Shown here in pieces: positions 37,788 through 46,670 of a stretch of 64,000 nt of DNA. Origin of the DNA: Patescibacteria group bacterium (GTDB taxonomy: Bacteria; Patescibacteriota; Patescibacteriia; PEXW01); NCBI GenBank assembly GCA_041665345.1, contig JBAYJA010000001.1, positions 393,206-457,205 of the forward strand, given 5' to 3'. The translations under genes were made by a program, and so were the position numbers. Position 1 is the stretch's first letter; each line of letters begins with the position of its first letter. Below the pieces are notes generated by a model that saw only the letters and a program-made list of their open reading frames with translations, had not been told where the DNA came from and did not search any database.

Positions 37788-38209
37788 TTATCGTCAGAAT
37801 TGCAATATTAGATTGTCCAACAAAGCGTTCAGGATATTCAATGCTGTGGAGAGTTATCCCCAACTTTGCGTAAAAGGAGTTCTTTTCGACAATTGATCTC
37901 CAAAGTGGACGAGACTATGATGCTTTCATCGCTGAATCCGTGGCACGCGAAATTTCTAAGCTCTCCAGCGTCTGTTTGAACGTGGGTCGACCGGGGTTTA
38001 ACAGGTAAAAGGTTCGAACATCCTTCACCAGGGTGAACCAGAAAAATATGTGGACTCCAATGTAACATGGGGTTGCTTTAGTTATTATTCGAAATTGTGG
38101 TTCGAACCGAAGTGTATTTCTGATTTTTAAAAAACACGCATGATGGATGTTGTTGACAACCCTCGAAAACTGCGCGAGGCTGAAAGTATCTCATTAACCA
38201 AGCAAACGT

Positions 38210-38947
38210 ATGGATTCCACACCATCGAGTCAGCCAACCCCCAAGAAGCCAAGTAGTACCCTAAACTGGGCTATTTTGGTGGTTATTCTCGTGGTAGCTG
38301 TTGCTGGGGCCATCTACGCGGTAACGCGAAATACTTCTACATCGAACAGCAATGACAATACTAACGTTGTTCTCAACCAGAACACGAATGTCGTAGCTAA
38401 TTCAAATACTGTCTTGAACACGAATACTGTCGCAAATGCCAATTCGACTATAAACTCCAATGCTAACGCTGCGAACAATTCGAATACAAATACCTCTGTA
38501 AGCACAGCTGGGTGGAAGACGTATGAGAATAGTGCCTGGAAGTTTTCTTTTAAGTACCCCAAAGAATGGACATTTATCCGCGATTTGTTACCCAAGACAA
38601 CTAAGGATGGAACATCACCAACAGAGAATTTACTCATTGGTTTACCGATAGCAGATAATCAGGATGCCCGTCCTTCCATCAATATCATAATAAATCCAAG
38701 TGGATTCGGACCAATTTTCCCCGACTTGGTGTATACAATTAAAAAAGCAGCAACAGGCTTCGCCATTGTTGAAGAGAAAACAGTTACTACCGATGCGGCC
38801 ACCGAGCCTGGCTTCTACCAAATTCAAGCAATAACTTCGTCAGATTCACAAGTCTTTGATATATTTTTTAGCACAAACGAAAAGGATAAAGACACATGGG
38901 CTCCGCTAGTAAAAACAATCTTATCCACATTTCGATTCACAAACTAA
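38210..38947 (+). CDS. Membrane-anchored protein with Asn-rich stalk and PsbP-like domain
   Basis: TM, N/T/S-rich linker, WKTYEN..FSFKYP..W, ILSTFRF. Confidence 0.8.
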   Translation: MDSTPSSQPTPKKPSSTLNWAILVVILVVAVAGAIYAVTRNTSTSNSNDNTNVVLNQNTNVVANSNTVLNTNTVANANSTINSNANAANNSNTNTSVSTAGWKTYENSAWKFSFKYPKEWTFIRDLLPKTTKDGTSPTENLLIGLPIADNQDARPSINIIINPSGFGPIFPDLVYTIKKAATGFAIVEEKTVTTDAATEPGFYQIQAITSSDSQVFDIFFSTNEKDKDTWAPLVKTILSTFRFTN

Positions 38948-39021
38948 GCATCAGCAAAGAGGTAAAAAGTAATTTGAAAATTGAGACATAAAAAACAAAA
39001 AACCTGAAAGGAGAAACAGTA

Positions 39022-41718
39022 ATGAAGAAATTGTTGTTCTTGGTGTTGGCGATAATGATTGCTTTCACAAGCAATGTTTATAGCCACGATGGAGTTCCTG
39101 AAGCTAGTACAGGCTTCAGGCAACCGCTAGATAACTACAATTATAGTGGTTATCACTACAATGAGTGGTCAGACGTATCAGGGTGTTACCATCCCGGTTC
39201 TGACTACAACGGTGCAAATACTTCTGGGGATGGAGACCTCGGCAAGGACGTACTTGCAGTAGCAAATGGTAAAGTTGTTGACATAGTAACCAATGCCTCT
39301 TTTGGGCTCTGCATGACTATTGAGCATAGATACTACGATACAACTGTTTACAGTCAGTATGCCCATCTCCAAAGTACGTTGGTCTCGGAAGGTGGTAACG
39401 TTACAAAGGGGCAGCATATTGCCGAACTAGGCAATTCTGGTACATCTTGTGGCACCAACAACGCACACTTACATTGGGAGATTAGAAAAAAGGAGAATGA
39501 TGACGCGCACACCGCTGATTGGTGGAACACGTCATCATTTCAGTCGAGAACCAATGTAAAGAATGGGTACGAAGATGCTACTCTCTGGTGTTCTCATCAC
39601 GCGTCATACGAAGATATTCAAGCCAAATTCGATGACGTGAAGCAGAGGAACGGTGGCACCTCAACGGTTGGGTCTAACACCAACGCTATACACTGGTATG
39701 GTGCCTACTTGCGGCAGGACTTCTCTGGTGGTTCATATGGTACCTGCTGCATCATGTTCGACCCGTACAACCAGGTGTATAACCCAGCTGCGACGAACGA
39801 AGCATACCTGCTCCGTACCGGCTTCTACAGCTACTACATCAACAATGGCGGATGGGGAGCAAGAGGTTGCCCCTCCCGTGACGAGTACACCACCGGGGAC
39901 GGAACGAATTCCATCCAGTTCTTTGTTCGACGCGTCTGGAATGCAACGAAGGGTGGGTATCATGATGTGGGTATATGGGAAACCCAGTTCCACTATATGT
40001 ACTACGACCCGACGCCACCGCAAGGGAACGACGTCATCGAGTGGTACTCGACCTACGCCACAGACTGGGTCTCCCAAACTCCGGGCGGCGTGACGACCAT
40101 GGTCCAAGGTTCCAGCCAGACGTTTACCGTGCACTTCAAGAACACGGGCACGACGACCTGGTACAACAATCTCAGTGCGTACCCGTACGACTACATTTCC
40201 CTGAAGTCCGCAGACCCGAGTGGGAACACGGCCGTGAGCCTCCTGAACAACCCGTATAATGGGAACCTCGGCTGGCTCAATGATCAGACCCCCTGCACCA
40301 TGCAGGAAGCTTCGGTCGCACCCAACGGCACAGCGACTTTTACCTTCACCGGTATGGTGGCCCCTGACCGGCAGTTGGGGCTCATGGACGTGTACTTCCG
40401 CCCCTCACATAGTCTTGCAGGTTTGCTTGACGGCTGGGACGGCATGCACTTCCAGGTGAACGTCGTTGCGGCGCCAACCACGCCACTCACGTACATGACT
40501 GGCCCCGCACCAGATGCGACGATTGCAGGGATGATTGCGAGTAGGAAAACCACCCCGCTGAACAACAAAAACCCGTACGGCTTCTGGCAGAGCCCGCAGC
40601 AAGTGAGCGGCGGGTTCAATGCCACGTACTGGTGGTACGACTACAGTACAACCGAGGCGTACATGCCAGACTACACCTCGAGAATCTGCTACGTCTCCGT
40701 TGCCACGGGTCAACCCGGTGCAATCGTCCACGACGTGTACGGGGCTGCCCGGCAGTCCTTCTACGTGGGCTGGTGGCCGTGGGATCACTGGGCGCACATG
40801 GGCTGGAACTGCGGTGCCTGTCCGAATCCGGCCGGTACCCAAGTAACTAACCAGGGCGGGCCCTACTCCTGCCTGGGCATGCCCATTACCAATTTGTACC
40901 GACCCACGCCGAACGAGGGCTACGGACGTCAGGACTTTCAGCGTGGGTACATCATCAACGGCGTGATTTACTGCTACGACCACATCACGGCGTTCACCCC
41001 CGGCTGGACCGCGAGCGGTTGGAACCAGTTCTGGTCGTACGCCATCACGGACTGCTACGACCGCTACGGTGCTGCGGCTGGTCTGGGTCACGCGACGCAA
41101 CTGGTGAACGAGAACTGGGACGGCACGGGCTACAAAATCCAGCCGTTCGACGGCGGGATTTACGGGTCTATCATGCTCGTGTACAACCCCAACGGGCCGA
41201 GTGAGGCGTACGGTGTTTCCGGCAGCTTCCTGTATGCGTACACCATGGCCCTCGACGGCAGCGGGGTCCGCATCTCCACGCGGATTGGTTCGCCCACCGA
41301 AGCTTTCTCCGGCAACCGGCAGCAGTTCCAGTCTGGGTACATGACCATTAACTACGGGACGAACGAGACCTTTGTGTACCTGAACGACAACACCGAAATC
41401 TGGAACAGCCAGACCGGCGCGCACCTGGGTAAAGTCGCGCAGACAGCGCTCCCGAGTGTGTTCGCTGTTGGGCAGAACTACCCGAACCCATTCAACCCGG
41501 CAACAACAATTGCCTATACTCTCCCGAGCGCCACGCACGTAACCCTGGATGTGTATAACATCCTCGGCCAACGTGTAGTAACGCTTGTGGATGAACAGCA
41601 AACAGCGGGTGAGCATACCGCTACTTGGGATGCTAACCCCTACTCTTCCGGTGTGTACTTCTACCGCCTCCAGGCTGGAGAAGCCACGGAGACGAAAAAG
41701 ATGCTCTTACTGAAGTAA
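39022..41718 (+). CDS. Secreted M23 peptidase, multidomain, with T9SS-type C-terminal domain
   Basis: HPGSD and HLH M23 motifs; Ig-like FKNTGTTTW domain; QNYPNPFNP..SGVYFYRL..KKMLLLK. Confidence 0.88.
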   Translation: MKKLLFLVLAIMIAFTSNVYSHDGVPEASTGFRQPLDNYNYSGYHYNEWSDVSGCYHPGSDYNGANTSGDGDLGKDVLAVANGKVVDIVTNASFGLCMTIEHRYYDTTVYSQYAHLQSTLVSEGGNVTKGQHIAELGNSGTSCGTNNAHLHWEIRKKENDDAHTADWWNTSSFQSRTNVKNGYEDATLWCSHHASYEDIQAKFDDVKQRNGGTSTVGSNTNAIHWYGAYLRQDFSGGSYGTCCIMFDPYNQVYNPAATNEAYLLRTGFYSYYINNGGWGARGCPSRDEYTTGDGTNSIQFFVRRVWNATKGGYHDVGIWETQFHYMYYDPTPPQGNDVIEWYSTYATDWVSQTPGGVTTMVQGSSQTFTVHFKNTGTTTWYNNLSAYPYDYISLKSADPSGNTAVSLLNNPYNGNLGWLNDQTPCTMQEASVAPNGTATFTFTGMVAPDRQLGLMDVYFRPSHSLAGLLDGWDGMHFQVNVVAAPTTPLTYMTGPAPDATIAGMIASRKTTPLNNKNPYGFWQSPQQVSGGFNATYWWYDYSTTEAYMPDYTSRICYVSVATGQPGAIVHDVYGAARQSFYVGWWPWDHWAHMGWNCGACPNPAGTQVTNQGGPYSCLGMPITNLYRPTPNEGYGRQDFQRGYIINGVIYCYDHITAFTPGWTASGWNQFWSYAITDCYDRYGAAAGLGHATQLVNENWDGTGYKIQPFDGGIYGSIMLVYNPNGPSEAYGVSGSFLYAYTMALDGSGVRISTRIGSPTEAFSGNRQQFQSGYMTINYGTNETFVYLNDNTEIWNSQTGAHLGKVAQTALPSVFAVGQNYPNPFNPATTIAYTLPSATHVTLDVYNILGQRVVTLVDEQQTAGEHTATWDANPYSSGVYFYRLQAGEATETKKMLLLK

Positions 41719-41737
41719 CTCAACCTAAAACCTTAAC

Positions 41738-41770
41738 ACGCCCTGCGGACACAATCCGTGGGGCGTTTTT
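41738..41770. terminator. Intrinsic terminator between convergent genes
   Basis: ACGCCCTGCGG..CCGTGGGGCGT followed by TTTT. Confidence 0.65.
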
Positions 41771-41795
41771 CTATTGTAGCGTTTGCGCTCAGAAA

Positions 41796-43199
41796 TTACT
41801 CGACCCAGGCCGCATTCATACACGGTTCTATGGTTTGTGTGTTTTTCGTTTGTAGTGAATAAATGTCGCACTTCCTCTGCCCAGAGTCTGGGTTGAACCC
41901 CTGGAGCAGGATGTTTGTACTATTCGCTGACCATACGGCATCAATGTTGCCACCCAAGGGCTCGAGGGGGTAGTTAGCGAACAGTTGCTCTCGCGTATTG
42001 TTCCTGAGGTCGAGGAGGTAGATGTCAGCTTTCGGGCTATTGCCCGCCGTTGCGAAGATGTTGTGTGCTTGGAAATCCGTAAAGTTAATCGACGACGCGG
42101 CGTAGACAATCTTTGTCTTGTCAGGTGCGATGCGCCAGAAGATATCCCAGTAGTAATCTTCAGGAACAATAGGTCTTTCTTGGCCTGATGCAGTCGTCAC
42201 CCTGATGATCCGATAATCTCCGATTTTATTCTCGACACGGGCGAGTATTGTCTGGTTATCGAGCCAGCCAAGGAGGTAGGCTCGTTCATTCTTGTAAAGC
42301 TGATTGACGGTGTATGTTTGTAAATTCAAGACGACAATTCCCTTGCCACAATTATCAATAGCGAGCTGATTGTTGTCTGGTGAAAAGTATTTACTGCCGT
42401 TCCACCAGTACTGCTGACTATATCGGGACTCATCAAACTGGCATATGGGTGTGTCGGTATCGTAGGTGGAGTACGGGCTAAACTGGATGCTTATTGGTTC
42501 ATTCTTTTGATTCAGGAATTTTTTCTCTGTACCATCCCCGATATCAAAGGCGTAAATATTGGTATTCTTCCCAGTAGGTTTTTCGTTTTTAGTGTAAAGA
42601 ATACTTTGCACGTCTGGGGTCCAATAGGATGAGCTAATCGGACTGGGCAATGTTATGGTCTTCTGGGTAAAGGTTGTTGGGTCGATACTGTAGATGGTGC
42701 CTTTGTCGCGATCGGTCAAGAAGTACGTCCGTTTATCGAGTTCGCCGATTCTCCCAGCGTTCTCGGGATTGAATACACCTATTTTTTGTAAGGCTGAATT
42801 ATCAAGGGGATTCACCCGCACAAGGCTTCGCTGCACCGGTTTTGAATACGGTGCGATATCCTCAATGTACGTTAAAGTTGCGTCACCGTTAATTTCCATG
42901 CTACTCGGGACAACCCATGGATTCTTTAGATCGAAGCTACCAACCCCTGGGGAGTTCAAAAAATAGATTTTGCTATACAGCGTCTGCATTTGATCCTTGT
43001 CGTAGTATTTGTACACAATTTTCTTAACTTGGTCATTCAATAATAACCCTTGAATACTCTCACTGGACGACGCGTTCGTGTTGTCTACGCTATGAACTTT
43101 TTGCTGCAGCAAAAAATACCCGCCCAGAACTAGAGCCAGGATAACCATTCCAAAGACTACAGTGAGGGCTCGCTTCAATGGTTTCGATAGATTTTTCAT
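41796..43199 (-). CDS. Membrane-anchored TolB/WD40-like beta-propeller protein
   Basis: N-terminal TM; WTPD, FSPD, IAPD, WSAN blade motifs. Confidence 0.75.
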   Translation of the reverse strand: MKNLSKPLKRALTVVFGMVILALVLGGYFLLQQKVHSVDNTNASSSESIQGLLLNDQVKKIVYKYYDKDQMQTLYSKIYFLNSPGVGSFDLKNPWVVPSSMEINGDATLTYIEDIAPYSKPVQRSLVRVNPLDNSALQKIGVFNPENAGRIGELDKRTYFLTDRDKGTIYSIDPTTFTQKTITLPSPISSSYWTPDVQSILYTKNEKPTGKNTNIYAFDIGDGTEKKFLNQKNEPISIQFSPYSTYDTDTPICQFDESRYSQQYWWNGSKYFSPDNNQLAIDNCGKGIVVLNLQTYTVNQLYKNERAYLLGWLDNQTILARVENKIGDYRIIRVTTASGQERPIVPEDYYWDIFWRIAPDKTKIVYAASSINFTDFQAHNIFATAGNSPKADIYLLDLRNNTREQLFANYPLEPLGGNIDAVWSANSTNILLQGFNPDSGQRKCDIYSLQTKNTQTIEPCMNAAWVE

Positions 43200-43278
43200 C
43201 TCTCAGTATGAGTTACGAACACACCTACAGACTAACCCCGTCTCGGCTGTGAGTCAATTTGGTTGCCGTTATTAGCAC

Positions 43279-43312
43279 TGGCGGAAGGTGTAGGATTCGA
43301 ACCTACGAGGGG
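43279..43312 (-). pseudogene. 3' fragment of a tRNA (probably Ser); possible att relic
   Basis: Reverse strand CCCCTCGTAGGTTCGAATCCTACACCTTCCGCCA gives T-arm plus acceptor 3' strand; no 5' half. Confidence 0.75.
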
Positions 43313-43467
43313 TTTGAGCTCTAATGGGGCGTTTTTCTGTTCAGCAATGCAGGCCTGAAACAATGTTGAGTAGGGTGTGGGGTATCTTACAGAGCTACTG
43401 TTTGTAATCAAAAATTAGACTTTCCGCTCAATGCATCGGTTCTAACGTCGTCCAGCAATCGGAACCA

Positions 43468-43604
43468 GCTCGTTTCGTGCTCACAGTTCCGCGTGACGCG
43501 TTTTCGCGCATCCCGCTCCACCGTTCACACGAAGCCTCGCTTTGCCCCACAGACGCGTGCTCACCACGAAGACGTGGTTGCGCGCCACATCTGTGGGGAC
43601 CCCA
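43468..43604 (+). repeat. tRNA-trailer structured element family B, copy 1
   Basis: Homologous to 43904-44040 with compensatory stem changes; follows CGGAACCA. Confidence 0.85.
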
Positions 43605-43647
43605 GAAGAAGTAGAGAATGGCTTTATTGCCTGATTCTCCCACACAA

Positions 43648-43789
43648 TTGACAGTTTTTGATACTCACGTTATCCTCTTTGTGTATGCAACACACTCGTA
43701 ATAATAATTGCACAGAAATTTCCCGACAAACGCCGGTGTAGTCTTGCATACGTAGAAACATCTTACCCGGCGAATGTCGCCGGTTTTTT
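43648..43789 (+). promoter_or_regulatory. Promoter plus putative Asn-sensing transcription attenuator upstream of tRNA-Asn
   Basis: TTGACA-17-TATCCT; leader ORF; antiterminator strand 43724-43736; terminator 43767-43789. Confidence 0.75.
43685..43741 (+). CDS. Leader peptide MQHTRNNNCTEISRQTPV
   Basis: ATG 8 nt after the -10 box; AAT AAT AAT at 43700-43708. Confidence 0.7.
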   Translation: MQHTRNNNCTEISRQTPV

Positions 43790-43827
43790 GTTATTTCCTC
43801 CTGCGCGAAAGCTTCGGAGGACAATGG

Positions 43828-43903
43828 TCCGGGGTAGTTGAGTTGGCACAACGCCGCGCTGTTAACGCGGATATCGCAGGTTCGAGTCCTGCCCCCGGAG
43901 CCA
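43828..43903 (+). tRNA. tRNA-Asn(GTT)
   Basis: Cloverleaf; loop CTGTTAA; GCCA end. Confidence 0.96.
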
Positions 43904-44040
43904 GCTCGTTTCGCGCTCAGAGCTGCGCGTATCCGGTTGCTACCGAATCCGCTCCGCCCGTCGCGCGAAGCCTCGCATTACCCCACGAACGCGTGCTCAC
44001 CCCGCAGACGGGGTTCCGCGCCACATTCGTGGGGGCCCCA
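43904..44040 (+). repeat. tRNA-trailer structured element family B, copy 2
   Basis: Starts at the base after the CCA of tRNA-Asn. Confidence 0.85.
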
Positions 44041-44175
44041 AAGATTTGGACGATCCTGCATCCCGTCGAATTTATTCTGTCGAATGACAGGATGACGGGG
44101 CTCGCTTGACCCCAAGAGGGGTACAACCTTGGCGCTGAGGAGTTTTTGTGTTACACTTTTTGTACAATTTCATAC

Positions 44176-44333
44176 GTATCAAGAGTGCTGGGGAGGGATC
44201 TCGCCCGCGTGCATCACAAGGTGCACATGACCCAGCCGACAACCTGTCACTTGTTTCGCCCCACGGCATGCCGTGCACCCGAGCGAAGCGAGTGGTGCAC
44301 GGTGCCACTTCGAGCCCCTCGTGGGGGAGATAC
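44176..44333 (+). promoter_or_regulatory. SAM-I riboswitch with expanded P2/P3
   Basis: GTATCAAGAG, GAGGGA, ACAACC, GGTGCCA, GAGATAC (P1 GTATC/GATAC); terminator TGACGTC..GACGTCA plus T-run before metK. Confidence 0.82.
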
Positions 44334-44401
44334 CAAACACGTCTGCTGACGTCCTCCCTGTACGAGTGACGTCATCTTTTTTCGCTCCAACGCATCTTCC
44401 T

Positions 44402-45565
44402 ATGCCTACAGGTACGCATATCTTCACCTCCGAGTCAGTCACCGAAGGTCACCCAGACAAAGTGTGTGACCAGATTTCCGACGCGATTTACGATGCGATG
44501 GTCAAGCAAGATCCAGACACGCATGCGGGCATTGAGTGCTTTGCCACAACCGGTTTGGTCATGGTTGGCGGAGAAGCGCGCACCACAGCCTACGTGGACA
44601 TTCAAGACGTGGTGCGGAAGACGTTGCACCGCATTGGGTATGATAGTCCGGATTTTGGATTTTGCTATAAAGACATTGGCGTGATCAGTACTTTGCACGA
44701 ACAGTCTCCAGATATTGCCCAAGGTGTGGACGAGGGTGCAGGTGAATTCAAAGAGCAGGGAGCAGGGGATCAAGGGCTGATGTTTGGGTATGCGAGTGAT
44801 GAGACACCAGAATTCATGCCCTTGCCTATTTCGTTGGCGCACAAGCTGGCGCGGAAACTTGCGGAAGTTCGAAAAGATGGGACACTGCCATACCTCCGAC
44901 CAGATGGGAAAACTCAGGTGAGCATTGAGTACGTGGATGGGAAACCCACCCGCGTGGTCACCGTCGTCGTGGCTGCGCATCATGCCGAAGATGTGGACAT
45001 GGCCAAGTTGCGGAAAGATATTACTGAGTTGGTTATCAAACCTATTCTGGGTACCTGGTATAAGCCGGAAACGAAGACGTTCATTAATTCCACAGGGAAG
45101 TTTGTCCTGGGTGGTCCACCAGCTGATGCGGGACTCACAGGCCGAAAAATTATTGTGGATACCTATGGCGGGTCTGCGCCGCACGGGGGTGGGTGCTTCT
45201 CCGGTAAGTGCATTACCAAAGTTGATCGAAGTGCAGCCTACGCTGCCCGGTACATTGCCAAGAATGTTGTGGCCGCTGGTCTGGCCAAGCGCTGCTTAGT
45301 GCAGCTGGCGTACTCCATTGGCGTGGCTGAACCGGTTTCTATCATGCTGGAAACCTACGGCACAGGGACACAGACCGACGAAGTCTTGGCAAAACTGGTT
45401 GCGCAGCACTTTCCCATCAAACCTGCAGACATCATTGCTCAGCTGAACCTGAAGCAGGCGATATATGAGCCGACTGCAGCGTATGGTCACTTTGGTCGCA
45501 CGGACGTCCAATTCCCTTGGGAAAAGCTGGATAAGGTGGAAGTGCTGAAAAAGCACGTCGTATAG
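44402..45565 (+). CDS. metK: S-adenosylmethionine synthetase
   Basis: [41 protein letters not shown]. Confidence 0.98.
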   Translation: MPTGTHIFTSESVTEGHPDKVCDQISDAIYDAMVKQDPDTHAGIECFATTGLVMVGGEARTTAYVDIQDVVRKTLHRIGYDSPDFGFCYKDIGVISTLHEQSPDIAQGVDEGAGEFKEQGAGDQGLMFGYASDETPEFMPLPISLAHKLARKLAEVRKDGTLPYLRPDGKTQVSIEYVDGKPTRVVTVVVAAHHAEDVDMAKLRKDITELVIKPILGTWYKPETKTFINSTGKFVLGGPPADAGLTGRKIIVDTYGGSAPHGGGCFSGKCITKVDRSAAYAARYIAKNVVAAGLAKRCLVQLAYSIGVAEPVSIMLETYGTGTQTDEVLAKLVAQHFPIKPADIIAQLNLKQAIYEPTAAYGHFGRTDVQFPWEKLDKVEVLKKHVV

Positions 45566-45637
45566 TAGTCTCGCATTTTTGGATTTCCGAGCCTATACTA
45601 CGGGTAGGTGGATTTCCTATAGTCTAATGAAACCCCT

Positions 45638-45943
45638 ATGCCCCAAACAGAGGCTCGGAATTACGACATGTTTGTAGAAGCAGAGCGTGCAAAGGAAATG
45701 CAGAAACTGGAACTGCAAGCTGCGCTGCTAGAACTGGCAGAGCAAATTGAAGGTGCCATAACCGAGGCACATTTTCAGGGGTTGATTACAAGAACCGTAG
45801 AGCATTATTTAAAGAAACACCAAATGCAGCTTTCCACAGAAGGACGTGTTTGTATTGCTGAACTAAAGAATCATGGGGAACTGACAGAAACGACAGTTCC
45901 AGGTATTGTTGCACGTATCGTTGAAAGTGCGGAGCCAATCTAA
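45638..45943 (+). CDS. Hypothetical protein
   Basis: 101-aa helical ORF. Confidence 0.55.
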   Translation: MPQTEARNYDMFVEAERAKEMQKLELQAALLELAEQIEGAITEAHFQGLITRTVEHYLKKHQMQLSTEGRVCIAELKNHGELTETTVPGIVARIVESAEPI

Positions 45944-46024
45944 TCAAGCCTGGGGGAAAACACACCAGGAGAACCCGCAAGTATGTTGGGGTGCTTGTGG
46001 TATACTTTGCATATAGTATGCCCT

Positions 46025-46663
46025 ATGGCCCACTTAGTTGAAGATCTCATACACAAAGGCGCACTTTCTTCCGAACCGGTGATTGCCGCGTTTCGGAAAG
46101 TTCGACGACAAGATTTTGTGCACCAAGATATGCTTCTACATGCCACGGAAGATACGCCCTTACCCATTGCGCATGGACAAACTATTTCCCAACCAAGTAC
46201 TGTAGCGACGATGCTTGAATTGCTACACGTACAACCTGGCGACCGGGTTCTCGAAGTTGGTTGTGGGTCTGGATGGCTGACTGCTCTACTCGCTGAGCTG
46301 GTAGGCTCTTCAGGTTTTGTCTACGCCATTGATATTATCCCGCAGCTGGTTGACTTGACGATGGAACATTTAGAGAAGTACAAGTTTACCAACGTGGAAG
46401 TGAAGTGGGGGAATGGGTGGGAAGGGAATGTGACCCATGCACCCTACAATCGGATTATTGTTTCCGCCGGCGCGGTTGAAACCCCCAGTGTATTGGTTGA
46501 CCAGCTAGCACGCGGTGGTCGACTGGTCGTTCCTGTGGGTGGGGATGTACAAGATTTAGTTGTCGTTGAGAAACGGAGTGACGGGAAAGTGGATACGGAG
46601 AAGTTTCCTGGTTACCAATTCGTTCCTCTGGTTGGCGAAGTGACGCCAATCAGCATCAAGTGA
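46025..46663 (+). CDS. pcm: Protein-L-isoaspartate O-methyltransferase
   Basis: GQTISQP, VLEVGCGSG, APYNRI, GGRLVVPVG. Confidence 0.95.
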   Translation: MAHLVEDLIHKGALSSEPVIAAFRKVRRQDFVHQDMLLHATEDTPLPIAHGQTISQPSTVATMLELLHVQPGDRVLEVGCGSGWLTALLAELVGSSGFVYAIDIIPQLVDLTMEHLEKYKFTNVEVKWGNGWEGNVTHAPYNRIIVSAGAVETPSVLVDQLARGGRLVVPVGGDVQDLVVVEKRSDGKVDTEKFPGYQFVPLVGEVTPISIK

Positions 46664-46670
46664 TAATTCT

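Noticed and set aside
37838-38068. 76-aa minus-strand ORF in the island
   Set aside because: No SD or motif support; may be non-coding or a decayed fragment.
43279-43312. Intact tRNA on the minus strand
   Set aside because: Only the T-arm and acceptor 3' strand are present; no D-arm or anticodon arm.
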